From an uncultured virus (IMG/VR IMGVR_UViG_3300021087_000674) (Duplodnaviria; Heunggongvirae; Uroviricota; Caudoviricetes): 64,000 nt of DNA. A program made the position numbers and the translations under genes. Shown here piece by piece: positions 28,645 through 38,316 of the stretch; positions within the stretch are counted from its first letter, which is position 1; every line of letters starts with the position of its first letter. Location: IMG/VR virus record IMGVR_UViG_3300021087_000674; one strand, given 5' to 3'. The notes under the pieces were generated by a model. That model was not told where the DNA came from and did no database searches. It was given only the letters and a program-made list of their open reading frames with translations.

Positions 28645-28676
28645 ACCAAAAATTCTCAATAAATTAACATATACAA

Positions 28677-29270
28677 ATGAGAATACGCAGAATAGCAATT
28701 ACAGGACATTTATCAGGAATAGGAAAGTGCCTGTATGACAAATTTTCTCCTTATTACGAAGTTATAGGTTTAGACAAAGACGAAGGAAACGGTATTGACG
28801 ATACTCAAAGAGTTGTAGACAAGTGTCTTAGTTTTGATGTTTTAATTAACAATGCTTATCTCTTTAATAAACAACACGCACTCTTATATCAATTTTGCAA
28901 ATATAGTAAAGACCATCCTAAACTAGCAATTTCTATTGGTAGTATTGTAACCGAATTAGCAATGTTTGATTATAAACTAGCAAACGAAAATTACTACATT
29001 GAAAAAATGAGATTAAAGAAAATAACACAAGAAGTAAACGGTAGTGGTGGAAAATGTAAAGCTAGTTTAATTTCTCCAGGTTTTGTTGACACAAATATAG
29101 ATATGTTATTTGAACAACCTACTGTTGTAGAAAAAACTGCAATGATGTGGCAAATTTGTAAAGAACAAAACACTATATTATCTCCCAACGCAGTGTTTGA
29201 TGCAGTGAAATTCATTATAGATTCCTACGAAAAGGGCAATTTAATTACTCACGTTGTAATTAACAATTGA
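28677..29270 (+). CDS. short-chain dehydrogenase-like protein
   Basis: ITGHLSGIG, LINNA, YYIEK and SPGFVDT motifs. Confidence 0.75.
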   Translation: MRIRRIAITGHLSGIGKCLYDKFSPYYEVIGLDKDEGNGIDDTQRVVDKCLSFDVLINNAYLFNKQHALLYQFCKYSKDHPKLAISIGSIVTELAMFDYKLANENYYIEKMRLKKITQEVNGSGGKCKASLISPGFVDTNIDMLFEQPTVVEKTAMMWQICKEQNTILSPNAVFDAVKFIIDSYEKGNLITHVVINN

Positions 29271-29300
29271 TTTATGCGGGTCATTTAAGCTTCTTTTCAT

Positions 29301-29329
29301 TTGACTTAATTACCAAAAGGTGCTATTAT
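29301..29329 (+). promoter_or_regulatory. sigma70-type promoter
   Basis: TTGACT-17 nt-TATTAT with TG extension. Confidence 0.8.
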
Positions 29330-29364
29330 TAATAATAAACCAATTGTAACTTAAGGAGTACATA

Positions 29365-30480
29365 ATGGCACGTAAAAAAGACAGCACTACAGATACTAGT
29401 TTAGCTACTAGACAATTATCACCAAATAAAGCAAAGGCAAGTATATTACACGCCTTAAAAATCAAAAGACCAATCTTTTTATGGGGCGGTCCGGGTATTG
29501 GTAAATCAGACGTTGTTCGTCAGATTGCAAAAACTATCAATGCTCATGTTATTGATATAAGATTAAGTTTATGGGAACCTACAGATATTAAAGGTATACC
29601 ATACTTTAATAGTAATTCAAAATCTATGGAATGGGCATCTCCATCAGAATTACCAGATCACAAGATGTCTAAAAAATATAAAAACATTATTCTATTTTTG
29701 GACGAAATGAATTCCGCGGCACCAAGTGTTCAAGCGGCGGCTTACCAATTAATATTGAATAGAAAAGTAGGTACTTACGAGTTACCAGAAAACGTTGTTA
29801 TAGTGGCGGCGGGTAACAGAGAAGCAGATAAAGGTATTACTTATAGAATGCCGGCACCATTAGCAAATAGATTCATTCATTTAGAAATGAAACCTGTTTT
29901 TGATGACTGGTTTGAATGGGCAGTTGAAAATAAGATTAATCAAGACGTTATTGGTTATTTGACTTTTAGCAAAAAAGACTTGTATGATTTTGAACCTAAA
30001 TCTTCAAGTAGATCTTTTGCTACTCCGAGATCTTGGTCATTTGTAAGTGAACTCTTATCAGATGATTTAGATGAAAACACTGTGACTGATTTAGTCAGCG
30101 GTGCTGTCGGCGAAGGACTTGCAGTTAAGTTCATGGCCCACAGAAAAGTGGCATCACAACTTCCTAATCCTTCTGATATTTTAGATGGTAAAGTAGAGAA
30201 GTTAAAAAGTAAAGAAATCAGTGCAATGTACTCCCTAACGGTTTCTTTATGTTATGAACTCAAAGAGGCTTGCGATAAAAAAGATAAGAAGTTTAACGAC
30301 AAAGTTGGAAAATTTCTTAGATTTATGATGGACAATTTTGATACTGAATTAGTTGTAATGGGTATTAAGTTAGCTCTTACGCAATATCAGTTACCGTTTG
30401 ATCCAGACGCTATCAAAGTTTTTGATGAGTTTCATGAAAAATACGGCAAGTACATAACAGCCGCACAAAGCGCCGACTAG
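29365..30480 (+). CDS. MoxR-like AAA+ ATPase
   Basis: Walker A GGPGIGKS, Walker B LFLDE, AAGN, LANRF and TPRSW. Confidence 0.9.
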   Translation: MARKKDSTTDTSLATRQLSPNKAKASILHALKIKRPIFLWGGPGIGKSDVVRQIAKTINAHVIDIRLSLWEPTDIKGIPYFNSNSKSMEWASPSELPDHKMSKKYKNIILFLDEMNSAAPSVQAAAYQLILNRKVGTYELPENVVIVAAGNREADKGITYRMPAPLANRFIHLEMKPVFDDWFEWAVENKINQDVIGYLTFSKKDLYDFEPKSSSRSFATPRSWSFVSELLSDDLDENTVTDLVSGAVGEGLAVKFMAHRKVASQLPNPSDILDGKVEKLKSKEISAMYSLTVSLCYELKEACDKKDKKFNDKVGKFLRFMMDNFDTELVVMGIKLALTQYQLPFDPDAIKVFDEFHEKYGKYITAAQSAD

Positions 30481-30487
30481 TGTTTTC

Positions 30488-30517
30488 GTTATAGGGTGCT
30501 TTCGGGTGCCCTATAAC
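30488..30517 (+). other. stable intergenic RNA hairpin with UUCG loop
   Basis: GTTATAGGGTGCT-TTCG-GGTGCCCTATAAC; 9 Watson-Crick pairs plus G-U pairs; no U tract. Confidence 0.7.
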
Positions 30518-30529
30518 ATAAAAGGAATT

Positions 30530-31816
30530 ATGCAGTTAGAAACTAAAACAAATACTAAAATTAAAAAAGTTAAACTACCACCAGTTTTAAAACTTACAGA
30601 TGATGAGTATAAACAAATGAAATCTGAAGTTTTAGATAAAATTATTGTAGCAAGAGTTGGTTTACTATTAAGACATCCTTTCTTTGGTAATATGGCTACT
30701 AGATTAAAAATCCAAGAGTGTGATGATTGGTGTCCTACGGCGGCTACTGATGGCAGACATTTATATTATAACACAGAATTTTTTCACAAATTAAGCACTA
30801 AAGAAATCGAATTTGTAATAGGACACGAAATATTACATTGTGTTTTTAATCATTTAGAAAGAAATGAAAACAGAAATAGAATGCTCTATAATATTGCGGC
30901 AGACTATCTAGTTAATAATACTTTAGTAAGAGATGGCATAGGAGAAAAACCTAAAGACATTCAAATATTCCAAGACCACAAATACGACGGTTGGTCTTCA
31001 GAACAAGTATATGATGAGTTATTTAAAAATGCTAAAAAAATTGATATAAGCAAATTAGGAAAATTATTAGATGACCACATTGATTGGGAAAAAGGTCCTC
31101 AAAATGGTGCAGGTAAAAAAGATAAAGAAAATGGTAAAAGCAAACAACCTATTATAAGCAAAGAAGAACAAGAAAAAATTAAAAACGAAATTAAAGAAGG
31201 CATAATGCAATCTGCACAGGCGGCTGGTCCAGATAATTTACCTGAAGAAGTTAAAAGAATGATTAAACAGTTTACTAATCCTAAAATGGATTGGAAACAA
31301 GTATTACAACAACAAATACAAAGTGTTATAAGAAACGACTATACTTTTTCTAGACCTTCTAGAAAGGCTTGGCATTCAGGTATAATTTTACCTGCAACAG
31401 ACTATCAAAAAACAATAGATATTTGTGTAGCAATAGACACATCAGGTTCTATAGAAGAAAGACAATTAAAAGATTTCTTAGGAGAAATTCAAAACATTAT
31501 GGATCAATATCAAGATTATAATATTAAAATTTGGTCTTTTGATACTAAAGTTTATAATGAACAAGATTTTACTGCTAATGATAATAGTTTAGAAGACTAT
31601 GATGCTAAAGGCGGCGGTGGAACAGACTTTATGGCAAATTGGAGACATATGAAAGACAATGACATCTATCCTAAAAAATTAATAGTATTCACAGATGGTT
31701 ATCCTTGGGATGACTGGGGAGATCCTGATTATTGCGATACAATATGGATTCTTCATGAACATCATGATAAAAATAAAGAAGCACCTTTTGGTATTACTTC
31801 TCATTATGACGCATAA
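30530..31816 (+). CDS. HEXXH metallopeptidase + VWA domain protein (DUF2201-like)
   Basis: TAATDG, HEILH, MIDAS DTSGS, GGGGTDF and FTDGY motifs. Confidence 0.88.
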   Translation: MQLETKTNTKIKKVKLPPVLKLTDDEYKQMKSEVLDKIIVARVGLLLRHPFFGNMATRLKIQECDDWCPTAATDGRHLYYNTEFFHKLSTKEIEFVIGHEILHCVFNHLERNENRNRMLYNIAADYLVNNTLVRDGIGEKPKDIQIFQDHKYDGWSSEQVYDELFKNAKKIDISKLGKLLDDHIDWEKGPQNGAGKKDKENGKSKQPIISKEEQEKIKNEIKEGIMQSAQAAGPDNLPEEVKRMIKQFTNPKMDWKQVLQQQIQSVIRNDYTFSRPSRKAWHSGIILPATDYQKTIDICVAIDTSGSIEERQLKDFLGEIQNIMDQYQDYNIKIWSFDTKVYNEQDFTANDNSLEDYDAKGGGGTDFMANWRHMKDNDIYPKKLIVFTDGYPWDDWGDPDYCDTIWILHEHHDKNKEAPFGITSHYDA

Positions 31817-32103
31817 TGTTTCCAAAAACTAATATACCTAATCCATTAAACTTTTTAGACGCTAGAAAATTTACCAAAAAACCAAAAGGTATGGAGTTTC
31901 AAGAGCTATCAGATAAAAATCACGAGTACCAAACTATTGTTGAAAGTTGGATTGTGGATAATCTAAAAAGCAGATATTACATTGGAAAACACGTCAAAGT
32001 CAATAAGTCAGATCAAATTATTCATTCTATTTTGGTAGGGTTTGAAGAACCAAAAGAGATGAGTATATTCAATTTGAGTTGCCCTCACATCTCTCGACAT
32101 TAA
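31816..32103 (+). CDS. hypothetical protein
   Basis: ORF coupled by TAATG overlap. Confidence 0.7.
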   Translation: MFPKTNIPNPLNFLDARKFTKKPKGMEFQELSDKNHEYQTIVESWIVDNLKSRYYIGKHVKVNKSDQIIHSILVGFEEPKEMSIFNLSCPHISRH

Positions 32104-32147
32104 ATATCTTCGTATACAATTAAAACAATACGGAGAAACATATTAAT

Positions 32148-32480
32148 ATGACTGAACAAGCAAAAACAGATGCGGCAAAACAAGCACCCGCACCGGCAGG
32201 AGTAGGTACAGTAGGACCAGGAGGTCCACAAGGTATCCAAGCACCACCGGCTGATTTGACTGTCCAAGATTTAGGGATAATCAAATCTATAATAGATGCG
32301 GCTTGCCAAAGAGGAGCATTCAAGGCAAATGAAATGCAGGCTGTTGGCGCCACATATAATAAATTAGAATCTTTTTTAGGCGTTGTCCAAGCACAACAAA
32401 AAGACATGGAAAAGAAAGATTCTGCAAAAGCACCAGCTACTGCAACTGCAAAAGCTGATGCAATAGGAGGAAAAAAATAA
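32148..32480 (+). CDS. hypothetical protein
   Basis: SD GGAG, TAAATA at 32101; LTVQDL...RGAFKANEM motif. Confidence 0.75.
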   Translation: MTEQAKTDAAKQAPAPAGVGTVGPGGPQGIQAPPADLTVQDLGIIKSIIDAACQRGAFKANEMQAVGATYNKLESFLGVVQAQQKDMEKKDSAKAPATATAKADAIGGKK

Positions 32481-33034
32481 TGGCTGATACAAAACACGTT
32501 GGCAGACTTAAAGGGTCTAAAGCAAAAGTTGTTGTTGTTTACAGAACATTACCAGGAGATTCCAAATCTGCACTAGTAATTGAAACAGCAAAATTAAATG
32601 CTCAGGATCATGACTCTTTAATGAAAGCTGTTGAATCTAATGAAGGACAAACTGCGTTTGAACTTTATGAAGTTTTAAACAGAACTAGAAGTTCTAGTGG
32701 AGATGTAATGTTACCTAAATTTCATAAATTCGCAAATTTGCAAAGTGTGCCTACAAGCGAAGTAGAAATGACACCAAACCCTACAACATCTGTAGCATTG
32801 GATGAGTTAAACAAAATTATTGCTAATCAAAAAGGTGTATCTATAAACGAATTATCTGTTAAAGAAGGTGTTACAAGTAATGTAGCAACTCCAACGGCAA
32901 ATGTAATGACAGATGATCAAATTGCTTCAAAAATGAGAAGTGATGCTGATAGATTATATAAAGAAGCGGCTAGATTAAGAAAAGAAGCTGAAACTTTATC
33001 GCCTAAGAAAAGCAAGACCGAAACAGCAGAATAA
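32480..33034 (+). CDS. hypothetical protein
   Basis: SD AGGAGG. Confidence 0.75.
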   Translation: MADTKHVGRLKGSKAKVVVVYRTLPGDSKSALVIETAKLNAQDHDSLMKAVESNEGQTAFELYEVLNRTRSSSGDVMLPKFHKFANLQSVPTSEVEMTPNPTTSVALDELNKIIANQKGVSINELSVKEGVTSNVATPTANVMTDDQIASKMRSDADRLYKEAARLRKEAETLSPKKSKTETAE

Positions 33035-33038
33035 GTTT

Positions 33039-33368
33039 ATGTCTGTTATGGTCAAGTTTAACAAAAAGAAACTCCCTAAAGAAGTTGTGGCCCATTGGCC
33101 CGAAGTTTTTTCTGATTTAGACGTACAAACTATCCCTGTCCAATACCTAATAGGTATAAAGGTACAGTTTAAAGATGGTAAAAATTGGGATATTAGGCTT
33201 AAACCTAGTAGAAAAAACTTCACCCATGCGGACCTAGAAAACACCTTACAGGACATATTTAAGACCTATGCAGGGGCCATTAAAAATGTTGATTTTAGTC
33301 TAGATACGCAAAAGATTAAAAAAGACGTCCAAAAACGCACCCATAAGTTCATAAAGAAGAACAAATAG
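33039..33368 (+). CDS. hypothetical protein
   Basis: ORF in the same operon. Confidence 0.7.
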   Translation: MSVMVKFNKKKLPKEVVAHWPEVFSDLDVQTIPVQYLIGIKVQFKDGKNWDIRLKPSRKNFTHADLENTLQDIFKTYAGAIKNVDFSLDTQKIKKDVQKRTHKFIKKNK

Positions 33369-33393
33369 CAAAGTCCTGTAATACCGTACCTAT

Positions 33394-33410
33394 GATAAAT
33401 ATCATAAATA
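33394..33410 (+). promoter_or_regulatory. tandem late promoter-like boxes GATAAATA / CATAAATA
   Basis: Two ATAAATA boxes upstream of the tail fibre SD AAGGAG. Confidence 0.6.
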
Positions 33411-33448
33411 CTGTTACAACATAGGTATATTAAGGAGTAGCATTTAAA

Positions 33449-34570
33449 ATGGCTTTTCAAGTTCGAAGAGGAACAGACACACAAAGAGGTACAATTACAC
33501 CCGCTGAAGGTGAAATAATCTATACTACAGATACTAAAAAGTTATATGTAGGAGATGCTTCAACAGTAGGTGGTAATGCAGTAGATACTACTGTCGCATC
33601 GCAATATAATAACGTTGCGGCGGACTTCATTCCAGATCAAACTAACACTAGAGATTTAGGTACAGCCGCTAAATTATGGAAAGAAATTTTCGGCGTAAAA
33701 TTTAATGACGGTACAGCTTCAATAACAGGTGGAGTTGGGGTTGGTTTTTCTTCTTTATCATCTACAGCATTAGTTGGAGGTTTAACTGGAAACGTAAGTG
33801 GTGATTTAACTGGTAATAGTGCTGGTACACATACTGGTGCAGTTATAGGTAATGTTACTGGTTCTGTAACAGGTGACATAAGTGGCTCTGTATTTGCTAC
33901 TGATAGTACTTTAAGAATAGATGGTAATGCAAATGTTATTACTAACGGTGACATTGTATTCAATGAAAATGCACTTGAATTAATTAATAATCAAACAATT
34001 TTAAAAGTAAGCAGAACTGATTCTGCAACAGGTATTGGTATAGAACAGTACAGTCCTGTTACAACTTTACCAGCTTGGAAAGTTTACACAGCTGGAGTTA
34101 ATGGTACAACTTCTAATTCAATTGAATACCATTCTGCAAGAAACTCTTTACTATCTCCTCAAGTAGTACAAAAAGGAGATATATTATTCACTAATCTTGC
34201 ACACGGACACGATGGTACTGCTTATAGACGATCTTCTTACATAGCATTTTCAGTAGAAACTGCCGCAAGTGCTGTAGTAGGTGCTGGACAAGTTCCAGGT
34301 AAGATTGTAATGGTTACTACACCAGACAATGGTTCAACAGAAAAAATATTAGCATTTGATTACTTAGGCAGACTAGGAATTAATAAAGAAAATCCTACTG
34401 GTCCTGCTGGTACTTTAGATGTAGATGGTCCTGTTCAACTTAAAGTATATGCTGATGATTCCGCAAGAGATACTGCAATAGCTACACCGGCGGCAGGTAT
34501 GTTAGTATTCAATACTACTGGTACTAAATTCCAAGGGTATAACGGATCAGCTTGGGTCGATCTAAATTAA
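33449..34570 (+). CDS. tail fibre-like protein with Mtd N-terminal-type motif
   Basis: QVRRGT...PAEGEIIYTTDTKKLYVGD; G-x-x-T/S repeats; C-terminal GMLVFNTTGTKFQGYNGSAW. Confidence 0.8.
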   Translation: MAFQVRRGTDTQRGTITPAEGEIIYTTDTKKLYVGDASTVGGNAVDTTVASQYNNVAADFIPDQTNTRDLGTAAKLWKEIFGVKFNDGTASITGGVGVGFSSLSSTALVGGLTGNVSGDLTGNSAGTHTGAVIGNVTGSVTGDISGSVFATDSTLRIDGNANVITNGDIVFNENALELINNQTILKVSRTDSATGIGIEQYSPVTTLPAWKVYTAGVNGTTSNSIEYHSARNSLLSPQVVQKGDILFTNLAHGHDGTAYRRSSYIAFSVETAASAVVGAGQVPGKIVMVTTPDNGSTEKILAFDYLGRLGINKENPTGPAGTLDVDGPVQLKVYADDSARDTAIATPAAGMLVFNTTGTKFQGYNGSAWVDLN

Positions 34571-34580
34571 ATAATTTAAA

Positions 34581-35051
34581 ATGAAAATCCGAATAACGGG
34601 CCACTCAAAAGGGCTTGGCAAGAAATTATACGTCTATTATAAATCAAAAAATTACAATGTTAAAGGATTTGATTCAGGTTATTCTTACGAAAAAATTTTA
34701 GAAGAATCTGAAGGTTGTGATTTGTTTATAAACAATGCTAATCCTAATCCTCATTTACAACTAAATCTTTTAAAAGACTTACATACTAAAGTTAAAAAAA
34801 TGGTAGTATGTGGTTCAGTTGCTACTGATGGCGATGGAGATGTTCAAGAACCTGAATATACTTTTCAAAAAAGATTATTAGAAAAAGAGTTTTTAACACT
34901 AGCATCAAAGAAGATGCCTGATAATGCAGATTTGTTATTATTAAAAATTAGTAGTAGTTCTTATAAAGATAGTGAAACAATTTTAAAAACAATTGATTTT
35001 TGGTTAAAAAGTCCTACGGTAATATCTATAACTTACAATGTTACTGATTAA
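34581..35051 (+). CDS. truncated SDR-like Rossmann protein
   Basis: ITGHSKGLG, FINNA and YTFQK motifs. Confidence 0.65.
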   Translation: MKIRITGHSKGLGKKLYVYYKSKNYNVKGFDSGYSYEKILEESEGCDLFINNANPNPHLQLNLLKDLHTKVKKMVVCGSVATDGDGDVQEPEYTFQKRLLEKEFLTLASKKMPDNADLLLLKISSSSYKDSETILKTIDFWLKSPTVISITYNVTD

Positions 35052-36192
35052 CTAGATTAGATTGTTTAATTTTATAATCGTCCCAACTTTTATACGTCCA
35101 TTCAGCTACTTTATAATCCACAGTTTCTGGTTTAAACATATAACGTTCAGGTACAGTATCAAATAACGGTTTTCCATTATTAACGTTAGCATCACGCAAC
35201 ATTATTTGATGTAAAAAGTTAGTTACAGGTTTTAATGGAACAAAATTACACCAAGGACCACACATTAATTGTTCCATATCAATAGTTTTAGGATCACTCC
35301 ATTGAATAATTCTATGGGTAATACCATTAATGTTAACCATATAATGATATAAATTATCATCTGCAGGTTTCTTTTCCCAAGTCCAACCTTTTTTATCACA
35401 AATACTTTTAATAAGTTTTACGTGATCACTTAAAAAGAACTTCGGTTCATCAGGACTTCTACCTATATCAGAACCAGCTCTAATTCTATATTGCCAACTT
35501 TTATATCCTAAAGATTGTATTTCTTCCAACACATCTTCCATTTGATCCAAACTTCCTAATGTATATCCCGTATAATAAACAAATACACCTTCTGCAATAC
35601 AATTATTAATACCTTCTAATTGTTTTCTATGTACTACTTTACCTTGATAATTAGGATGATTTAATCCTATCATAACCATTCTAGCACCTGCTTTTGCAAT
35701 TCGTTTAACCCACGCTCTATCAGAAAGTTTAACACCGTTAGTTAAAATACAAACATCCTGATGACCTCTATCTAAATCTTTTATGAGTTTACAAGTAGCT
35801 TCAATTAATTCAGGTAAATCTTTACGTACTGTTGGTTCTGCACCTGCAAGAATTATTGCACCTGCTTCAGGATGTACATTTTCTTCTATTTGCTTTAAAA
35901 TTGAATTAATAGACCTGTCTAATACTTTATTATCTGGTTCATGATAACAATGAGGACAATTTAAATTACAACGATCGGTTACTTCTATCATAATACCTTG
36001 CGGTATACTATAACCTTTTCTATCGTATTCTAAACTTTTGTAAAATTCAACATCATGTTCTACCATATACTCCATACGACCATGCTCAGGGCACGTTTTA
36101 ATAAGGTAAACTGCATTATTTTTAGTAATACGTTCAGCTGGTATATGTTTATAGCAAATATGACATAAACTTAATGTCTTTGTATCGTTCAT
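35041..36192 (-). CDS. radical SAM protein with N-terminal CxxC...CxxH metal site (MJ0619/Tes-like architecture)
   Basis: TLSLCHIC...KTCPEHG, then CNLNCPHC and GAEPT. Confidence 0.85.
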   Translation of the reverse strand: MNDTKTLSLCHICYKHIPAERITKNNAVYLIKTCPEHGRMEYMVEHDVEFYKSLEYDRKGYSIPQGIMIEVTDRCNLNCPHCYHEPDNKVLDRSINSILKQIEENVHPEAGAIILAGAEPTVRKDLPELIEATCKLIKDLDRGHQDVCILTNGVKLSDRAWVKRIAKAGARMVMIGLNHPNYQGKVVHRKQLEGINNCIAEGVFVYYTGYTLGSLDQMEDVLEEIQSLGYKSWQYRIRAGSDIGRSPDEPKFFLSDHVKLIKSICDKKGWTWEKKPADDNLYHYMVNINGITHRIIQWSDPKTIDMEQLMCGPWCNFVPLKPVTNFLHQIMLRDANVNNGKPLFDTVPERYMFKPETVDYKVAEWTYKSWDDYKIKQSNLVNQ

Positions 36193-36196
36193 ACAA

Positions 36197-36889
36197 TTAT
36201 TTATAGATGCTTATTGCTTCATTAATAAAGTCATCAGGATAGTTATGTCGGAAACTTTCAAAGCATAGTAATTGGGCTTGATCAAAGGATAATGGAGTAT
36301 TAACGTCTATATCCATAACTTTCATTTGTTCATATACTATTACTTTTCTATCATTTGATATATGACTTAAATGATCCTTAACAGTAATTTTAGATTCATG
36401 GCCCATATAACTAAAAAAATAATTAATAGATTTAAGTTTATTTTCTACTATAAAATAACTACTAGGATGAAGACTAAATTTGTACATACCCATATCTTTA
36501 TGTGCTTGAATTATTTCTAACATTTGTTCTTTCCAATTAGGTAATACATCTTCATATGTTCCATTATGACTTTGTTCCCAAAAGTCTACACCTTCTATAC
36601 CTAAATAAATTTTTTTCTGCTTATAATTTATATCATTAATTGTTGGTATATGTTGAGGATACTTACTATGCATTTTTAACAACATATTAGTTTCTCTTAA
36701 CCATTTTTGATTCATTAATTTTACATCCATTACTTGATTATGTCCTTTATGATAAAATGAATCATTAAAAAACCACTGCACAAATTCAGTTTTATTTTTG
36801 TTTATTAAACTAGTATAAACTAAATTATTCCTACATTGTCCTTTACCAGGAACATTATTATAATAATATTCGTAACCTGAATTAATCAT
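36197..36889 (-). CDS. kinase-fold-like protein (degenerate catalytic motifs)
   Basis: WLRETNML, IPTINDI, GMYKFSLHPSSY and KSINYFF follow kinase subdomain order. Confidence 0.45.
   Translation of the reverse strand: MINSGYEYYYNNVPGKGQCRNNLVYTSLINKNKTEFVQWFFNDSFYHKGHNQVMDVKLMNQKWLRETNMLLKMHSKYPQHIPTINDINYKQKKIYLGIEGVDFWEQSHNGTYEDVLPNWKEQMLEIIQAHKDMGMYKFSLHPSSYFIVENKLKSINYFFSYMGHESKITVKDHLSHISNDRKVIVYEQMKVMDIDVNTPLSFDQAQLLCFESFRHNYPDDFINEAISIYK
36198..36205 (-). promoter_or_regulatory. late promoter-like TATAAATA, 5 nt before ATG 36192
   Basis: Minus strand TATAAATA-ATTGT-ATG. Confidence 0.7.
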
Positions 36890-37481
36890 TATATCTCCAT
36901 AATCTTTGTTTATATAATTGAGATAAAAACACTGTAGGATTTAAACGCCAAATACTTTGTGGAGTATTTCTATAATTTAAATCTTTAATATATTCTAAAC
37001 AACCAGATTTTGCTAACATAGGTGCCCATATTTTATGCACTAATTTTTGTGAACCTTCTTCATTTTCATTTGTTGTTATATAAAGTTTTTTATTATCTAA
37101 TGAATATCCCCCATAAGGTTTACCTTGAAGTCCTACCCATTCAATACAAGCAGGTATAAAAAATTGAGGTGTAACACTTTGATGTTCTACTATTTGCTTT
37201 TTAGTTCTTACATTATTAATTGGTAATTCATCTGTGAACACGCAAGTTCTTGCTAATATTCTATAACTATTTTCTCCCATTTCATCAAAAGAATGTGCGG
37301 CAGTAGACCCTACAATTTTATTTTTATATTGTAAAAACCAAACTTGCGATTCACGTTCTTTACTAATAGAATCTATTAATATTTTTTTTGAACTATTATT
37401 TGCGAATCCTTTTTGTTTAGCATTTTGGTAAAAGTTAGCTAAATCTAAATGTTCTTCGTAAGGTATTATTTTATAATCCAT
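36882..37481 (-). CDS. putative GNAT-fold protein
   Basis: VWFLQYKNKIVG...YRILARTC...LYITTN pattern. Confidence 0.45.
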   Translation of the reverse strand: MDYKIIPYEEHLDLANFYQNAKQKGFANNSSKKILIDSISKERESQVWFLQYKNKIVGSTAAHSFDEMGENSYRILARTCVFTDELPINNVRTKKQIVEHQSVTPQFFIPACIEWVGLQGKPYGGYSLDNKKLYITTNENEEGSQKLVHKIWAPMLAKSGCLEYIKDLNYRNTPQSIWRLNPTVFLSQLYKQRLWRYND

Positions 37482-37500
37482 GAATTTTTTCCGACATCAA

Positions 37501-37516
37501 TATTTAACACTAAATA
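37501..37516. promoter_or_regulatory. back-to-back divergent TAAATA boxes
   Basis: TATTTA-ACAC-TAAATA between divergent genes. Confidence 0.65.
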
Positions 37517-37521
37517 TTGGC

Positions 37522-38316
37522 ATGATTAAAGGAATTGGTGGTCAACCATATATTACTCTTGACGAATATTTAAATATTGAAGATTTCAAAAAATTACATC
37601 CAGAAATTTGCAAAGGTTTTGCTTTAGCTAGAGACTATGCCAAAGAAGGTACTTGGATGGAACCTGGATTTAATCTTGATGACATGAGTTACACTTTGGA
37701 TTGGAAACCTATATACAAAGCATTTAAAGAGTATAAAGAATTACCAGAAGATAATCCTATTAAAATTCATGGTAAAGAATTATTTCCAAAAGATTTTAAA
37801 GATTATAAGCAAAGAAATTTATTTACAAGATATTTAAAATCCGCATTAGGAGCCAATGATCCTTACATATATTATTTTCTTTGGGAAGAAGGTAACTGGG
37901 ATATACGAGATTCTCAACGTAAAAAGACTGAGGAGTCTAAATATTTTCCTAATGTTGTAAAATGGGTTGAAAATTTAGTCCAACAAAATATTATTAGTCA
38001 TATTGGAAGAGTTATATTTTTTCATTGTGAGCATGATGGAAAAGCATTTGAACACAGAGATATGTATGCAATACCCGGACAATCTCTAGACTATAAAGAT
38101 AGTCCTAACGAATTTATTCATGTAAGAAACAATACTAAAAGAGGATTCTATCTTTGGGATCCTGAAAAAAGAAGTAAAACATATATTAATTCAAATTCAT
38201 CTTGGTGGAATGATCAAGATTGGCACGGTGGTGAAACTAGTAAAGAACAAGAATATGGACTACGAATTGATTGTAAATTTACTGATGAATTTAAAAAGAA
38301 ACTTAATTTAAATTAA
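37522..38316 (+). CDS. putative Fe(II)/2OG dioxygenase-like protein
   Basis: GRVIFF...EHRD...DWHGG...LRID facial-triad pattern; start placed at TAAATA-N5-ATG. Confidence 0.5.
   Translation: MIKGIGGQPYITLDEYLNIEDFKKLHPEICKGFALARDYAKEGTWMEPGFNLDDMSYTLDWKPIYKAFKEYKELPEDNPIKIHGKELFPKDFKDYKQRNLFTRYLKSALGANDPYIYYFLWEEGNWDIRDSQRKKTEESKYFPNVVKWVENLVQQNIISHIGRVIFFHCEHDGKAFEHRDMYAIPGQSLDYKDSPNEFIHVRNNTKRGFYLWDPEKRSKTYINSNSSWWNDQDWHGGETSKEQEYGLRIDCKFTDEFKKKLNLN

Noticed and set aside
33781..33890. GGTAAT/ACTGGT-like periodic sequence as a DGR or tandem DNA repeat
   Set aside because: It reflects G-x-x-T peptide repeats of the fibre; no template/variable repeat pair or reverse transcriptase is present in the window.
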